Positions 49,560-59,374 of a stretch of DNA of 64,000 nt are shown here, piece after piece. The stretch spans positions 5,092,639 to 5,156,638 of the forward strand of contig CAVNZM010000011.1 in the NCBI GenBank assembly GCA_963693365.1. Reading direction: 5' to 3'. Within the stretch, counting starts at the first letter, position 1. The number at the start of each line of letters is the position of its first letter. The position numbers were made by a program, and so were the translations under genes. The DNA comes from Amoebidium appalachense (Eukaryota > Protista > Ichthyosporea). The notes beneath the pieces are model-generated. The model saw nothing but the letters and a program-made list of their open reading frames with translations. It had not been told where the DNA came from and did not search any database.

Positions 49560-51598
49560 CTATTTGTAGGCGAGGATCCCTTGCTTGTTGAAGCGATATG
49601 CCATTGTCCTTGCTGACATGGGGCAGCCCACACTCACACTCCTCCCGTCAACCGATCTGCGCTCCCCAAGCACCTTCTTAAGAGTTGAGCCCAGCCTCTT
49701 CGATCCCACCACGCGTGCCGCATCCATGCCATTTGCGGTTGCCCACTCGCGCATACGAACAGCCATTCCATCGGTCGTTACCCATGCACCGTCTTCGATA
49801 GCCAGGTTTTCCACTCCCTCGTCGTCGCGCGCCAGATCCTTCAAGAACTGTACTTCCAAAGGAAGACTTTTTTCCATTAGCTCCCGATGAAGCTCGGTGC
49901 TGGGGGGCGGTGCATAGTTATTGGGACGCCCGGGACATCCATCAGGAAATGATAGAGCGCCTCTTGGACTAGCGGGTTGCTGTGATGCTCGACGAATGCT
50001 CTGTAGTAATCCATCTGTCCAACACGCAGCGGGGAAGCTTCCAGGCAAATGAATCGGCGATCCGATGATTCAATCTTCACGGGCCAATCCTCGTTTGAAA
50101 GAAAAGCGTAGCGCTCATATGTTGTGGACTGCATTGCGTCAACACCCTTTTTCTCCAGTACTGTTTCCTCCTGGGTGATCAGGCTCTTAATTAGGTTGTT
50201 CACTTCATGTGCACCACCAAATACGCATTCATCAACAACAGCAAAGAGCTTGTTGCACAGATGTGCATTGAACTTGCCGGAAATGTGCTCCTTGTTCTTA
50301 ACATCCACAAAGCACTGCTTTCCGACGAGTGGCTTGAGAACATTGAACCAAATGTTCTTTCCTGTCCCTTGGACTGAACGAACAAGGATTGCTGTTCCGG
50401 GTTTGGACGCTGGATGTTGGAAAACATGTGCAACCCATGTGAGGAGATAGTCAAAACAAGCCTCGTCCCCCGCGCAGAGTATCTCAAATGCATGGGTGAG
50501 AAACAGCTCGACAGGATGCCCTGCGCCCACTCCCCTCTTTGCCAGGACGGAAGCCGTGTTTGGTGGTGGAATGCGCCCAGGCGGGTGCGGGACTGTTGGA
50601 GACCTTGGTCCGTTGTAGCAGAAGTCTTTCTTGTACTTGTATGGAAAGCCACGGAAAAGGTTGAACCTGCGATGGCTTGGATCCAGGTAGTCTTCCTCCA
50701 CAGATCCTGTTTTAGGGTCGGGTGATGACGGATCGAAGACAGCGCAAGCGTACGTGAGAATGTCGTTTCCAGTCATGAAATCGACACCGGTGTACTTGCG
50801 CTTTTGGGACATCCCTGATTCCTTGTCGATATCCGTGTATTCTATCACAATCTTCTCCATCGTTGCCTTGGTGGTTTCTCGGTTGTAGACATCAAGCTCA
50901 TAGATCTTGCGTTCGTAGTTGTACTTGCGCATGATGTACGAGTTGGTGTTCTTTATGTAGGCGGCATGGTGACGGAGAAACTTGATGACATCTAACCGAT
51001 CCCACGAGTCTGGAATGTACCCCCACATCGAGCTGTATCCCATCGGTGGATTGGGACCCTCAATCTCAAATGCATCGAAAAGCTTTCGAAGCTGTTTGTT
51101 TGTGTCGATTGTTTTGGTGAGAGCCTCTTTTTTCTTTTCCACAACCTCCGTCGTTGTCTTTGGAAATTCGAAACTACCAAAAACCTCTGTCTGGCTGTTG
51201 GCTTTGTCCCAACGGTTGATATCATCCCATGACACTATTGGACTCATGGAAAGCTTGTTCTCTGGTGGAAACTTGTCCTTTGCCCAGTTCTTCAGGGCGA
51301 CACGATTGGGACCTGGTGGCTTAAACCTGGCATTGCTGTGAATATGGGCGGTTCGGGTGCGCTTGGTCACTCTACTAGTGATCTCAGCATACTGCACCCC
51401 AAATGCCGTGTCCAAGGAGCGATGTAGGTCTTCGTGGGAAAAGGGGGCGTTGTCAACTAGCATCCTCTCTGCGCGCTCCTTGGAGAAGATGCTGAAGAAC
51501 CAGTCGGTGTGTCTACCACGTAAGGAGGACCCCTGGTGTGCTTGAGGTGGCTGCTCGGCACCTTCGCAACAGACGGTTTCATGTTCGGTGGAGGTCAT
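49560..51598 (-). CDS. SF3 (D5/NrS-1-like) helicase with putative HUH-fold N-terminus and winged-helix C-terminus; one frameshift at G6 49902-49907
   Basis: Walker A SVQGTGKN, Walker B FAVVDE, motif C FLSN, Arg finger SSDRRF; YLLTWVAHVFQHP..KPGTA typical of this family; TATA 59 nt upstream of the ATG at 51598. Confidence 0.88.
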
Positions 51599-51648
51599 GA
51601 TTACTATGGTACTAGATAATATTTGATGGCTGTCTGCTCTGTGCATCC

Positions 51649-51660
51649 CCTTTTATACCT
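51649..51660 (-). promoter_or_regulatory. AGGTATAAAAGG TATA box of the helicase gene
   Basis: Same motif as at about 53978, 54423, 55700 and 59320. Confidence 0.7.
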
Positions 51661-52342
51661 TTTGCCCCTCCCCCCCCCCTCCCCCCCGGGGGCCCTGGGT
51701 GGCTGGGGGTGGCTGTGGGGGGCACACAAGGAACAATAAAGGAAGCACGAACCCACGCGCACGCGAGGCACGCGAGGCACGCGAGGCACGCGAGGCACCC
51801 GCGCCCCAGCCACCCCCAGCCACGGCAGCCCCCGCCCAGCCCCCCCCAGCCCCCCCCAGCCACCCACGCCGCACTGACCAGGTCGGTGCGAGGTGTGATT
51901 GTCAATGGGCAACGTCAAGCGGTGTGCAGGTATAAAGGGGCACACGAACCCCCAGGCCCCCAGGCCCGCGCGCGCACAAGCGCGTGTGCTTTTCCGCGCG
52001 CGAGGCACACGCGCTCACGCGCTCACAAGGCACCCGCGCCCCCACCCACCCCCAGCCCCCCACAGCCCCCCACGCGCAGGGCCTCACTCGCTGTAGTCGA
52101 TGGGCAGTCGGTGGTGCCCATGTACGCAGCCCCCCGGGGGTGATGCCGAGCAGCCCGTAGAGCGTGTTGCCGAAGCCTAGCATGGCTGGATGGCCTCATG
52201 GGACAGCAACTGCTCCAGCCCGGCCGATAAGCCTCTGTGGATCCCGAGCGGCTGTGCACAGGGGCTCGGCTGCCATGTTTCGGATGAGCCCAACGGACAC
52301 TGCTGTGCGAGTGTGGGGACACCGGGGAGCGGGCGCCAAAGA

Positions 52343-52944
52343 TCAAGGTGGGGGTCTCGTGTAGTAGGGCATGACTTCTACCCAATCCGGCGGATGGTTA
52401 AAGACCACCATCCACTGAAAGACATTCAGTGCAGCGCTGTACGTCACCATGAGCAGCTTGTCATCAACCCAGTCACCCCCCGCATCAATAACAAACCCCC
52501 AGAAGCCCGTTGCGCGGCCGTCGGCCGTCACCCGCGGAGGGTCATACCAGGAATCGGAGAAGTCCGTGTGCTTGCACACAAACCTGAGTGGGGCAGTCAG
52601 CACCGACCTCCTGCCCCTGCGAATGGTGCCGAATTCGTCCGCAAAGTCGGGCGGCTCTGGGTAGACGATGCGGACTACACCCAGTGCTCGGGTCTCGACC
52701 CCACCCGCAACGAGCGCGGCGGGAGAAACCACGTTGGGTCGTTGACAAAGGCTTGCAGTTCCTCGGGGTTGGACAGCACCCCTTCCACCGGCGGCAACTG
52801 AGACCCCAATACACAACCAGCCGGACCCCCCAAAGGACACACCAGCATTTCTGTGTCCCACAGGAGAATAGTATTTGGATTGTTTTGGAAGCGTATGTGT
52901 GTTTTCCAGGAGTCACCAAAGACAGGCCAAGAAGACCGGCCCAC
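52343..52944 (-). pseudogene. Fragmented hypothetical gene
   Basis: Overlapping minus-strand ORF pieces; the plus-strand ORF looks like an antisense shadow. No family recognised. Confidence 0.3.
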
Positions 52945-53977
52945 CAGAGTGATGGAAGATGATCAGGAAAATGTTAATAAGGAAAAATGAGGGTGAACGC
53001 GTATGCGAACATAGGCTGTGCCCGGCATTGGCATGATGCTTTGAGGTGTGACAAGATGAATAGCGAGACTAGAATGGACCAGGCCCAGAACGGAACACAG
53101 ATGTCAAGTGACATAGGAATCAGACCCTACACGTCACCCAGATCAGTGCACTTTGTGGAAACCTAGGCCCAGAACCGGACACCAAGATGTCAAGATGACA
53201 GGACACAAGTCACATAAGGCACACGCGAACACGACACACACACCCACCCAGCGCGCGAGGCACGCGGGCACACGTGCACACGGGCACACCGGCACACGGG
53301 CACCTGCCCGCGAGCCCGCGAGCGCCACCATGAGCAGTCGATGGATGCCCCATTTTAATGGTAATCAGATCGCGGCGCGGTCATACAATGCCAGTGCACA
53401 GTTTCAGCAGCCAATGAAATGTCGGAGAGCAAGCAGGTCCCAAACCAAAATCCTCGGACATGCCAGCTCGTACACAGTCTGCTCGTTCCTGACACGCCTG
53501 TAAACCGCTGTGTATGTTGATTGCACGATGCAGTGGTCTTCCCTTGCACCGAAACTCAAACTGAAAATTTTTACGTTGGACTTTGTATTCTGGGGTCGGC
53601 CCTACCCCACCAGGCACCATCGACAACCTCTTGCAAGCATACCGCGTGGCAAACCGGGTTGTTCTGCCTGAGTAATAAAGTAAACAAATAATGGACTTGC
53701 ACTGGATGCAAGCGCTCCCCATGCACCTGCGCGCGAGGCACGCGAGGCACGCGAGGCATGCGCGGCACCCAAGGCCCACGTGCACGCATGCACACAAGGT
53801 ACACAAGTCGCACAAGGCACAAGCGCACCCCCAGCCCCCCCAGCCACCCCCAGCCCCCCACGCCCCGCGCAGGGCCGCAGTACGAAGAAGAAATAAAACG
53901 CTTTTGAGATTTGGGGATCCCTCAAGTTCTTTCAACCCACCCCCCCCCCCCCCAGCACGACCGAGGGCGCCACGCGC

Positions 53978-53989
53978 AGGTATAAAAGG
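53978..53989 (+). promoter_or_regulatory. AGGTATAAAAGG TATA box
   Basis: TATAAAA starts 45 nt before the ATG at 54026; duplicated at 55700 with the same spacing. Confidence 0.75.
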
Positions 53990-54025
53990 CGCACACACAG
54001 CCAACTGGGGTCAGTCTGACACAGG

Positions 54026-55636
54026 ATGGCTACCGGACAGACCAACTCAAAGGTGGACATGTCGCTTCTGTGGAGGGAGTTCCCCCAGTTCAAGGATGCT
54101 ACTGTTCGCATTGACCAAGATACCAAGATGGCAAGTGTGCTGGACGTAGCATCCCTGGTACTAGGCACCACCAATGCAGCGAAGTGTGCATGGGCAGACC
54201 TTAGGAATTCCACAGACTCCAACATCAAGAAGATGGTGTCTGAGGGACACCACGTTCTCCGCATCGATGGAAGGGGCAAGTTGACACCTGTAGCTCCCTT
54301 CAAGTTCATCGTCGAGATCATCTTCCTGCTCCCTGGCAAGCGCGCGCACAAGTTCCGAAGGATCTGTGCCAATTATATCAAGCGCCTGATGTCCAACGAA
54401 GTTAACCATGTGAGCGAGGCCGAAGGTATAAAAGGACTGAACACACATGACAACACCTCAGTTTCCCAAACTATGAATTCCGAACACACAGATGTGGTAT
54501 TGACCGGAAACGAGGTCGCCGCAAAAAAAGGCGACACCATCTGCATTGGTGACTATGTAGTGCGAGTTGCTCAATCCGAAGGTGTTAAATACGCCAGTCT
54601 TGTTGATTATGCAATGCTAGTGCGCAATTTAGACAGACATGCGGCCGCTGAGTATGTCAGACGACATTATGAGAATGAAGAGGAAATCAAAGGCCTCAAC
54701 ATGAGGCCTTTGAGGTTCGGCGATTCAAAGCGACCCTCGATTGGTGTTCCTGCTTCATCGTTGGTGAAACTGACCTTCAAGATGGCATCCGGCTCGCGCT
54801 ATGGATCTGCCCTCGTTGACAAGTGGGCCCGAGACATAGCGCGCCTGGAAGGTGGGGACGAGACCTTGGTCGAAGACATCGAGCGTAACCGTGCCACGGC
54901 AGCGGCCAACCCGTCAGGACCCAACGCTTTCATGCGCGACAGTGTGAGGGGGGAAATGGGTGTGGCCGGCACCCCCGAGAGGGAGCCCAAGAGACTGAAG
55001 CTCGGAGACATCACCCAGTTCATGACCAACCAGGCCGAGATGGAAACTGCACTGAGTCTGTACAAGGAGGCGCGCATCGCCGAATCTTCCCAGTACACAG
55101 AGATCGTGAGGATGCGCGAGGAACGCGCCCTGATTCGCGAGGAGCGCCTGAAACTCGAGGTGCAGTGTCGGCTTCTGGAACTTCAGACCACAGACAATCT
55201 CAAGCAGGACCACATTCCATCGGAATTCGAGGATGCCAGTGATGAGCTGCGCCGGGTCACCAACCACGTGTGCACCAAGCAGCAGTCCGGTATCTACGTG
55301 TTTGTGTCCGAGTATGGCGACCCCCCCTGTCTGAAGATCGGCCAGAGCCTGAAGGACGTGAAGGGCCGCATGAAGCAGGCCGGTACGTGGCATGTGGGGC
55401 CCAACAAGCGCCTGCTCTTTGCGCTTCCCGTGCCGTCCGAGCAGCTGGCGCTTGCAGAGAAGTGTCTGCACACCGCGCTTAAACACAAGAACGTTGAGCG
55501 CGAGCTGTTCCGTGTGGACTTTGTGACCTTTGCGGTGGCCATGCTGGAGATGGCGAGGGAGCACATGGAAGACGACTTGACAAGGGACCTCGTCATCAGC
55601 GTCTTCAAGAAAGCCAGTCACGAGCAAGCACAGTAG
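54026..55636 (+). CDS. Bro-N-like (x2), coiled coil, T5orf172/GIY-YIG-like domain protein
   Basis: KMASVLDV..TPVA..LLPGKRAHKFR; second unit YASLVDY..RLEGGDETLVEDIERN; C-terminal GIYVF..LKIGQS..RMKQ..AEKCLHTALK..RELF. Confidence 0.8.
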   Translation: MATGQTNSKVDMSLLWREFPQFKDATVRIDQDTKMASVLDVASLVLGTTNAAKCAWADLRNSTDSNIKKMVSEGHHVLRIDGRGKLTPVAPFKFIVEIIFLLPGKRAHKFRRICANYIKRLMSNEVNHVSEAEGIKGLNTHDNTSVSQTMNSEHTDVVLTGNEVAAKKGDTICIGDYVVRVAQSEGVKYASLVDYAMLVRNLDRHAAAEYVRRHYENEEEIKGLNMRPLRFGDSKRPSIGVPASSLVKLTFKMASGSRYGSALVDKWARDIARLEGGDETLVEDIERNRATAAANPSGPNAFMRDSVRGEMGVAGTPEREPKRLKLGDITQFMTNQAEMETALSLYKEARIAESSQYTEIVRMREERALIREERLKLEVQCRLLELQTTDNLKQDHIPSEFEDASDELRRVTNHVCTKQQSGIYVFVSEYGDPPCLKIGQSLKDVKGRMKQAGTWHVGPNKRLLFALPVPSEQLALAEKCLHTALKHKNVERELFRVDFVTFAVAMLEMAREHMEDDLTRDLVISVFKKASHEQAQ

Positions 55637-55747
55637 CCCCAAGACATTTCAATGGATAAGCACCAACCTGCCCTCAGCACGACTGAGGGTGCCACGCGCA
55701 GGTATAAAAGGAGCACGCACGGCCACCTGGGGTCAGTCTGACACAGG

Positions 55748-56680
55748 ATGGCTACCGGACAGAACAACTCAAAGGTGGACATGTCGCTTCTGTGGAAGGA
55801 GTTCCCCCAGTTCAAGGATGCAACGGTCCGCGTCGACAAAGCCAGCAAGATGGCGAGCGTCCTCGATGTGATTGAATTGGTCGTGGGCAGTTCCACCACT
55901 GCCAGGAAGGCGTGGTTTGACATGCGGAAGTCTCCGGGTGAACCCGTTACTGGTGGTAACGGGTTTAGAACCGAGGTTTTGCAGGGTGTTGTAGACCTGA
56001 AGATAAACGGAAAGGGAAATGTGACCCCGGTTGCCCCCTTCCGCACCCTCCTCGAGATCATCTACCTGCTCCCTGGCAAGCGCGCTCATGATTTCCGTAA
56101 GACTTCTGCCCAGTACATGGCGCGCCTCCTCTCTGGCGACTTGCTTCTCATCGAGGAGATCGAGGCCCGCTACGACAACAGCACCCCCGAGGAGCGCGAG
56201 TTCTTCCGCAACGGCACGGACGAGACCCCTGACCGCAAGCGCCGCCGCGAGGAGCTGGAGGAGGAGCGGAGGCTGCGTCTGCGCCGGGAGGAGGCGGAGA
56301 TCACGCGTCTCGAGAGGGAGAACCAGAAGATGGCCATGGACAACCTCGTCCAGTACGAGGCACTGCTTGAGCGCCTGGGGCTGGACCGTGATCCGCGCAT
56401 GCGTCAGCTCGTCAACGACTCGGTCTCCAACATGCTGCTCCCCAACCAGGGTCTGCGAGCCATCGAAGGCACCACCCTCTCCGACCATGTCACGGTAGGG
56501 AAGTTTGTGGTCGACCGTGGCATCAAGTGCAAGTCCGCCTCTGCGCTCGGCCGCATGGTCAGCAAGGCCTGGCGTGACGAGATGGGGTGCGAGCCCGAGA
56601 CGACGCAGATGGTGGTCAACGGGGACGTGCGCACGGTCAAGCTGTACCCTGTGAGCTTCCTGGCGAAGCACGTTGTGTAG
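55748..56680 (+). CDS. Bro-N-like DNA-binding protein, paralog of the 54026 ORF
   Basis: Near-identical first 40 aa; RLLSGDLLLIEEI motif; coiled coil; C-terminal ALGRMVSKAWRDEMG..VNG..VKLYP. Confidence 0.85.
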   Translation: MATGQNNSKVDMSLLWKEFPQFKDATVRVDKASKMASVLDVIELVVGSSTTARKAWFDMRKSPGEPVTGGNGFRTEVLQGVVDLKINGKGNVTPVAPFRTLLEIIYLLPGKRAHDFRKTSAQYMARLLSGDLLLIEEIEARYDNSTPEEREFFRNGTDETPDRKRRREELEEERRLRLRREEAEITRLERENQKMAMDNLVQYEALLERLGLDRDPRMRQLVNDSVSNMLLPNQGLRAIEGTTLSDHVTVGKFVVDRGIKCKSASALGRMVSKAWRDEMGCEPETTQMVVNGDVRTVKLYPVSFLAKHVV

Positions 56681-56983
56681 CGTATAGTGGCCGAGGCACA
56701 CCAACCAGCATCTATTGGATACGACAGGGGACCAATTGGTCAAAGTGACCAATTGCTCGTTTGGTAAGGGAGGGAAGTTGTCACCTGCTGTTCCGGACCC
56801 AACGACATACCTTCAAAGTTTCGTTTCTTCAATCGCAGTAGCCCAACGACATACCTTCAAAGTTTCGTTTCTTCAAACAGAGGAAATGTGCAGGCCGCAA
56901 TAAATAAAACACAACCAGCTCTGGGACCTCCCCCCCCCACCCCCCAACAAACAAGAACACCCCTGCGCCCACAACTATTATCC

Positions 56984-57385
56984 ATGCACACGGTAATGTA
57001 CGCGCTCGTTGCTCTACTTGCACAAGCCGCCGCCGCCGCCGCCAGCTACGTGACGGCCTCCCCGACGCCGGCGCCAACCACCCCGACACCCACCCTCACC
57101 CAACCATCCAGATGCACACGGCTCGTTGCGCAGACGGCCACCGCAGCGCCCGTGTGCTCGCAGGTGCCGGTGCCGGGGGTGGGGTGCGGGTGGCTGTGCC
57201 GCACGGTGGTGCCGCAGAATCCGTCGCTCGTGCCGTGCAACCAGTTTGTGGGCTGCAACCTCTACCAAGCGGACCCCAAGACCGGCGGGGTGCTGCGGTG
57301 CAAGCGGCGCAGGGCCACGTCGATGCCGTGCACGCCGGACTTCTGCTGCGTCATGCCTGCTGGCATCGGTGCAGCAGGCATATAA
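56984..57385 (+). CDS. Putative secreted Cys-rich protein with Thr/Pro-rich stalk
   Basis: Signal-like MYALVALLAQAAAA, TPAPTTPTPT, about 10 Cys. Confidence 0.7.
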   Translation: MHTVMYALVALLAQAAAAAASYVTASPTPAPTTPTPTLTQPSRCTRLVAQTATAAPVCSQVPVPGVGCGWLCRTVVPQNPSLVPCNQFVGCNLYQADPKTGGVLRCKRRRATSMPCTPDFCCVMPAGIGAAGI

Positions 57386-57507
57386 ACTCTTTTGCGGTTA
57401 TCGGTCACAGAATGGACGCAATCCCCCCCCCCCCACCCCGCGCGGGAACCCATCCGAAACTGTCCCAGGGAACCACCCAGATGTCGAAAAATTCGGCTGT
57501 TGTGTAG

Positions 57508-59019
57508 ATGGCTTTAACACAGACATTGTCGGTAAAGCCCCACTGCTTCTTCAAGTTTGTCAAACGCAATACCCAACATTTCAAGTTGGAAGACGCACAT
57601 CTGAAACCCCGCAACACCCAGACATACAAGTGGGCTATGGGGGACGTCTGTCTCTCCATCAACTTGTGGAGCACTCAAAATGATGTCGAACCAGTCTGTC
57701 TGACCTGTGTTACATCTCTGGTTTTTGAAGCAGGGCTGGGTGGCTACAGATTGTTGTTTATTTGTATGCGTCAAACAGCTGGAACGGAATACAAGTTTGC
57801 TGTAAGGTATGATTCAAAAAGCCGGTTTCTCGTGGACCAGCGGAAGCACCGTTTCGGGTCGATTGTGGTGAAGTGTGCTCCCTACGTGGCCGAAAAGTAC
57901 AAACAGGCTATTGTCCCTGGAAGACCTACGCCCTCGGACATGATGGAGGACATACAAAAAACGTGGCCACTTCTATTTGACTGGTACAACGGTCTCGTTG
58001 ATCTTCAGAAGTCACTGACCGAGCTGATTGGGGTTGGCTCCGTTGAAGCCTCACCGGCTGTGGCAGGGTGTGGCGCCAGGTCTCGGGACAACACCTTCGT
58101 ACTGCTGCAAACCTATCTGCCAAAATCTGTTCGTTTTTCCCCTGGCACATCCCTCAAAATAGAGCATAATAGTGATGCTGTCCCCAAGTCCACACCAGCA
58201 CTCAGTGTTGTGACGGACAATGGTAAAATGTCCACTTGGAAGGTGTCAGCAGGAAAGTGGGGTTTCAGATGCCCGAAAGCATTCGTGTCGAACCTCTCTT
58301 CATGGCTGAAAAGCCAAGAACGTGAGCGCTACTATATAATGCATGTGTCGAGCCCAGAGCATGCTTCTGTTGTCATTATCGATTCGCAAGTCAAGGTGGT
58401 CGAGTGCTTTAACATGTCTGCCCCGGCAGGGCTAATCGCTGACGCCCTCTGTATGTTCCTTGAGGGGGCCGGTTACACTGGAAGCTCGAAAGTTCTGCGC
58501 ACCTACCAACACGAATCTGTATGTAAGAGCCTTCAGACAAGTTTTAGGAGGGTTTTGTATGAGGAACTTGTCGATAGAAACGAAATACACGACTCGGCAT
58601 GTGCCTCCTGGTTGATGGTCTACATACTCCTGCGCACGTCAAGCTTCGACTGGGGTTCCCAACCGGGCAATGGAAACACCATTGGGGAACGGGTCTGCAA
58701 TCATATAACGACAAAGCTTGAGAAGGTGGACAGAGGATTCCGGGCAGTCTACAAAATCGGGGCCGTGCTGTCCCTGTACGGGAAGCAACTGACCGAACTC
58801 TACTGGGCTAAGATGCATGGAGGAGAGATAAATGTGGTGCAGCCGAATCTTGATGACCCACGGTACACACAGGTAATAAGAGAGGTAATAACCAAGAAAA
58901 CGGTCGTGTTGACCGATGCCGAGCTTGAAGCCGCAGGACTGCCGAGGCGCAGGGATGGAGAGCGGCTTGTGGAAGACATCGCGAAAGCAGCAGCGACAAC
59001 TCCGAATGCAAGTGTGTGA
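57508..59019 (+). CDS. 503-aa protein with a C-terminal Ulp1/adenain-like cysteine-protease-like domain
   Basis: EHASVVIIDSQVKVVECFN...LQ...ACASWLMVYILLR gives the His-(Asn/Asp)-Gln-Cys order of CE-clan proteases. The ORF is solid; the family call is moderate. Confidence 0.65.
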   Translation: MALTQTLSVKPHCFFKFVKRNTQHFKLEDAHLKPRNTQTYKWAMGDVCLSINLWSTQNDVEPVCLTCVTSLVFEAGLGGYRLLFICMRQTAGTEYKFAVRYDSKSRFLVDQRKHRFGSIVVKCAPYVAEKYKQAIVPGRPTPSDMMEDIQKTWPLLFDWYNGLVDLQKSLTELIGVGSVEASPAVAGCGARSRDNTFVLLQTYLPKSVRFSPGTSLKIEHNSDAVPKSTPALSVVTDNGKMSTWKVSAGKWGFRCPKAFVSNLSSWLKSQERERYYIMHVSSPEHASVVIIDSQVKVVECFNMSAPAGLIADALCMFLEGAGYTGSSKVLRTYQHESVCKSLQTSFRRVLYEELVDRNEIHDSACASWLMVYILLRTSSFDWGSQPGNGNTIGERVCNHITTKLEKVDRGFRAVYKIGAVLSLYGKQLTELYWAKMHGGEINVVQPNLDDPRYTQVIREVITKKTVVLTDAELEAAGLPRRRDGERLVEDIAKAAATTPNASV

Positions 59020-59374
59020 TATATCTGTGATATCTCTGGCTTGCTTCTCTTTCATACTAATTATGTGACAGATACGCGTGGTTTGATTGGTACGAGCTGA
59101 AGGGGACAAAGCAGCTCATTGCCAAGTTGGACGGAAAAATCTGCAGTGCAGATAATATTGTGCGGTCAGATATGTGTTCGCTGTTGTCGGGTCGTCCGAC
59201 AATTGTGATCAACATCCGAATGAGACAATAATCATCATCCCTGAAATTCAGGGTTCATTAGTTTGGTGCCCAAACTCACCATCACCATCGATTTTGGCAC
59301 CATCGGTGGTTAGACCTGAAGGTATAAAAGGAGCAGTCCAGACCATAATTCATCATTCTGCAGCAACCATCAAG

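Noticed and set aside
55769-56752. Long minus-strand ORFs opposite Bro-N-like genes (also 54914-55642 and 59282-59677)
   Set aside because: Antisense shadows of GC3-rich coding sequence.
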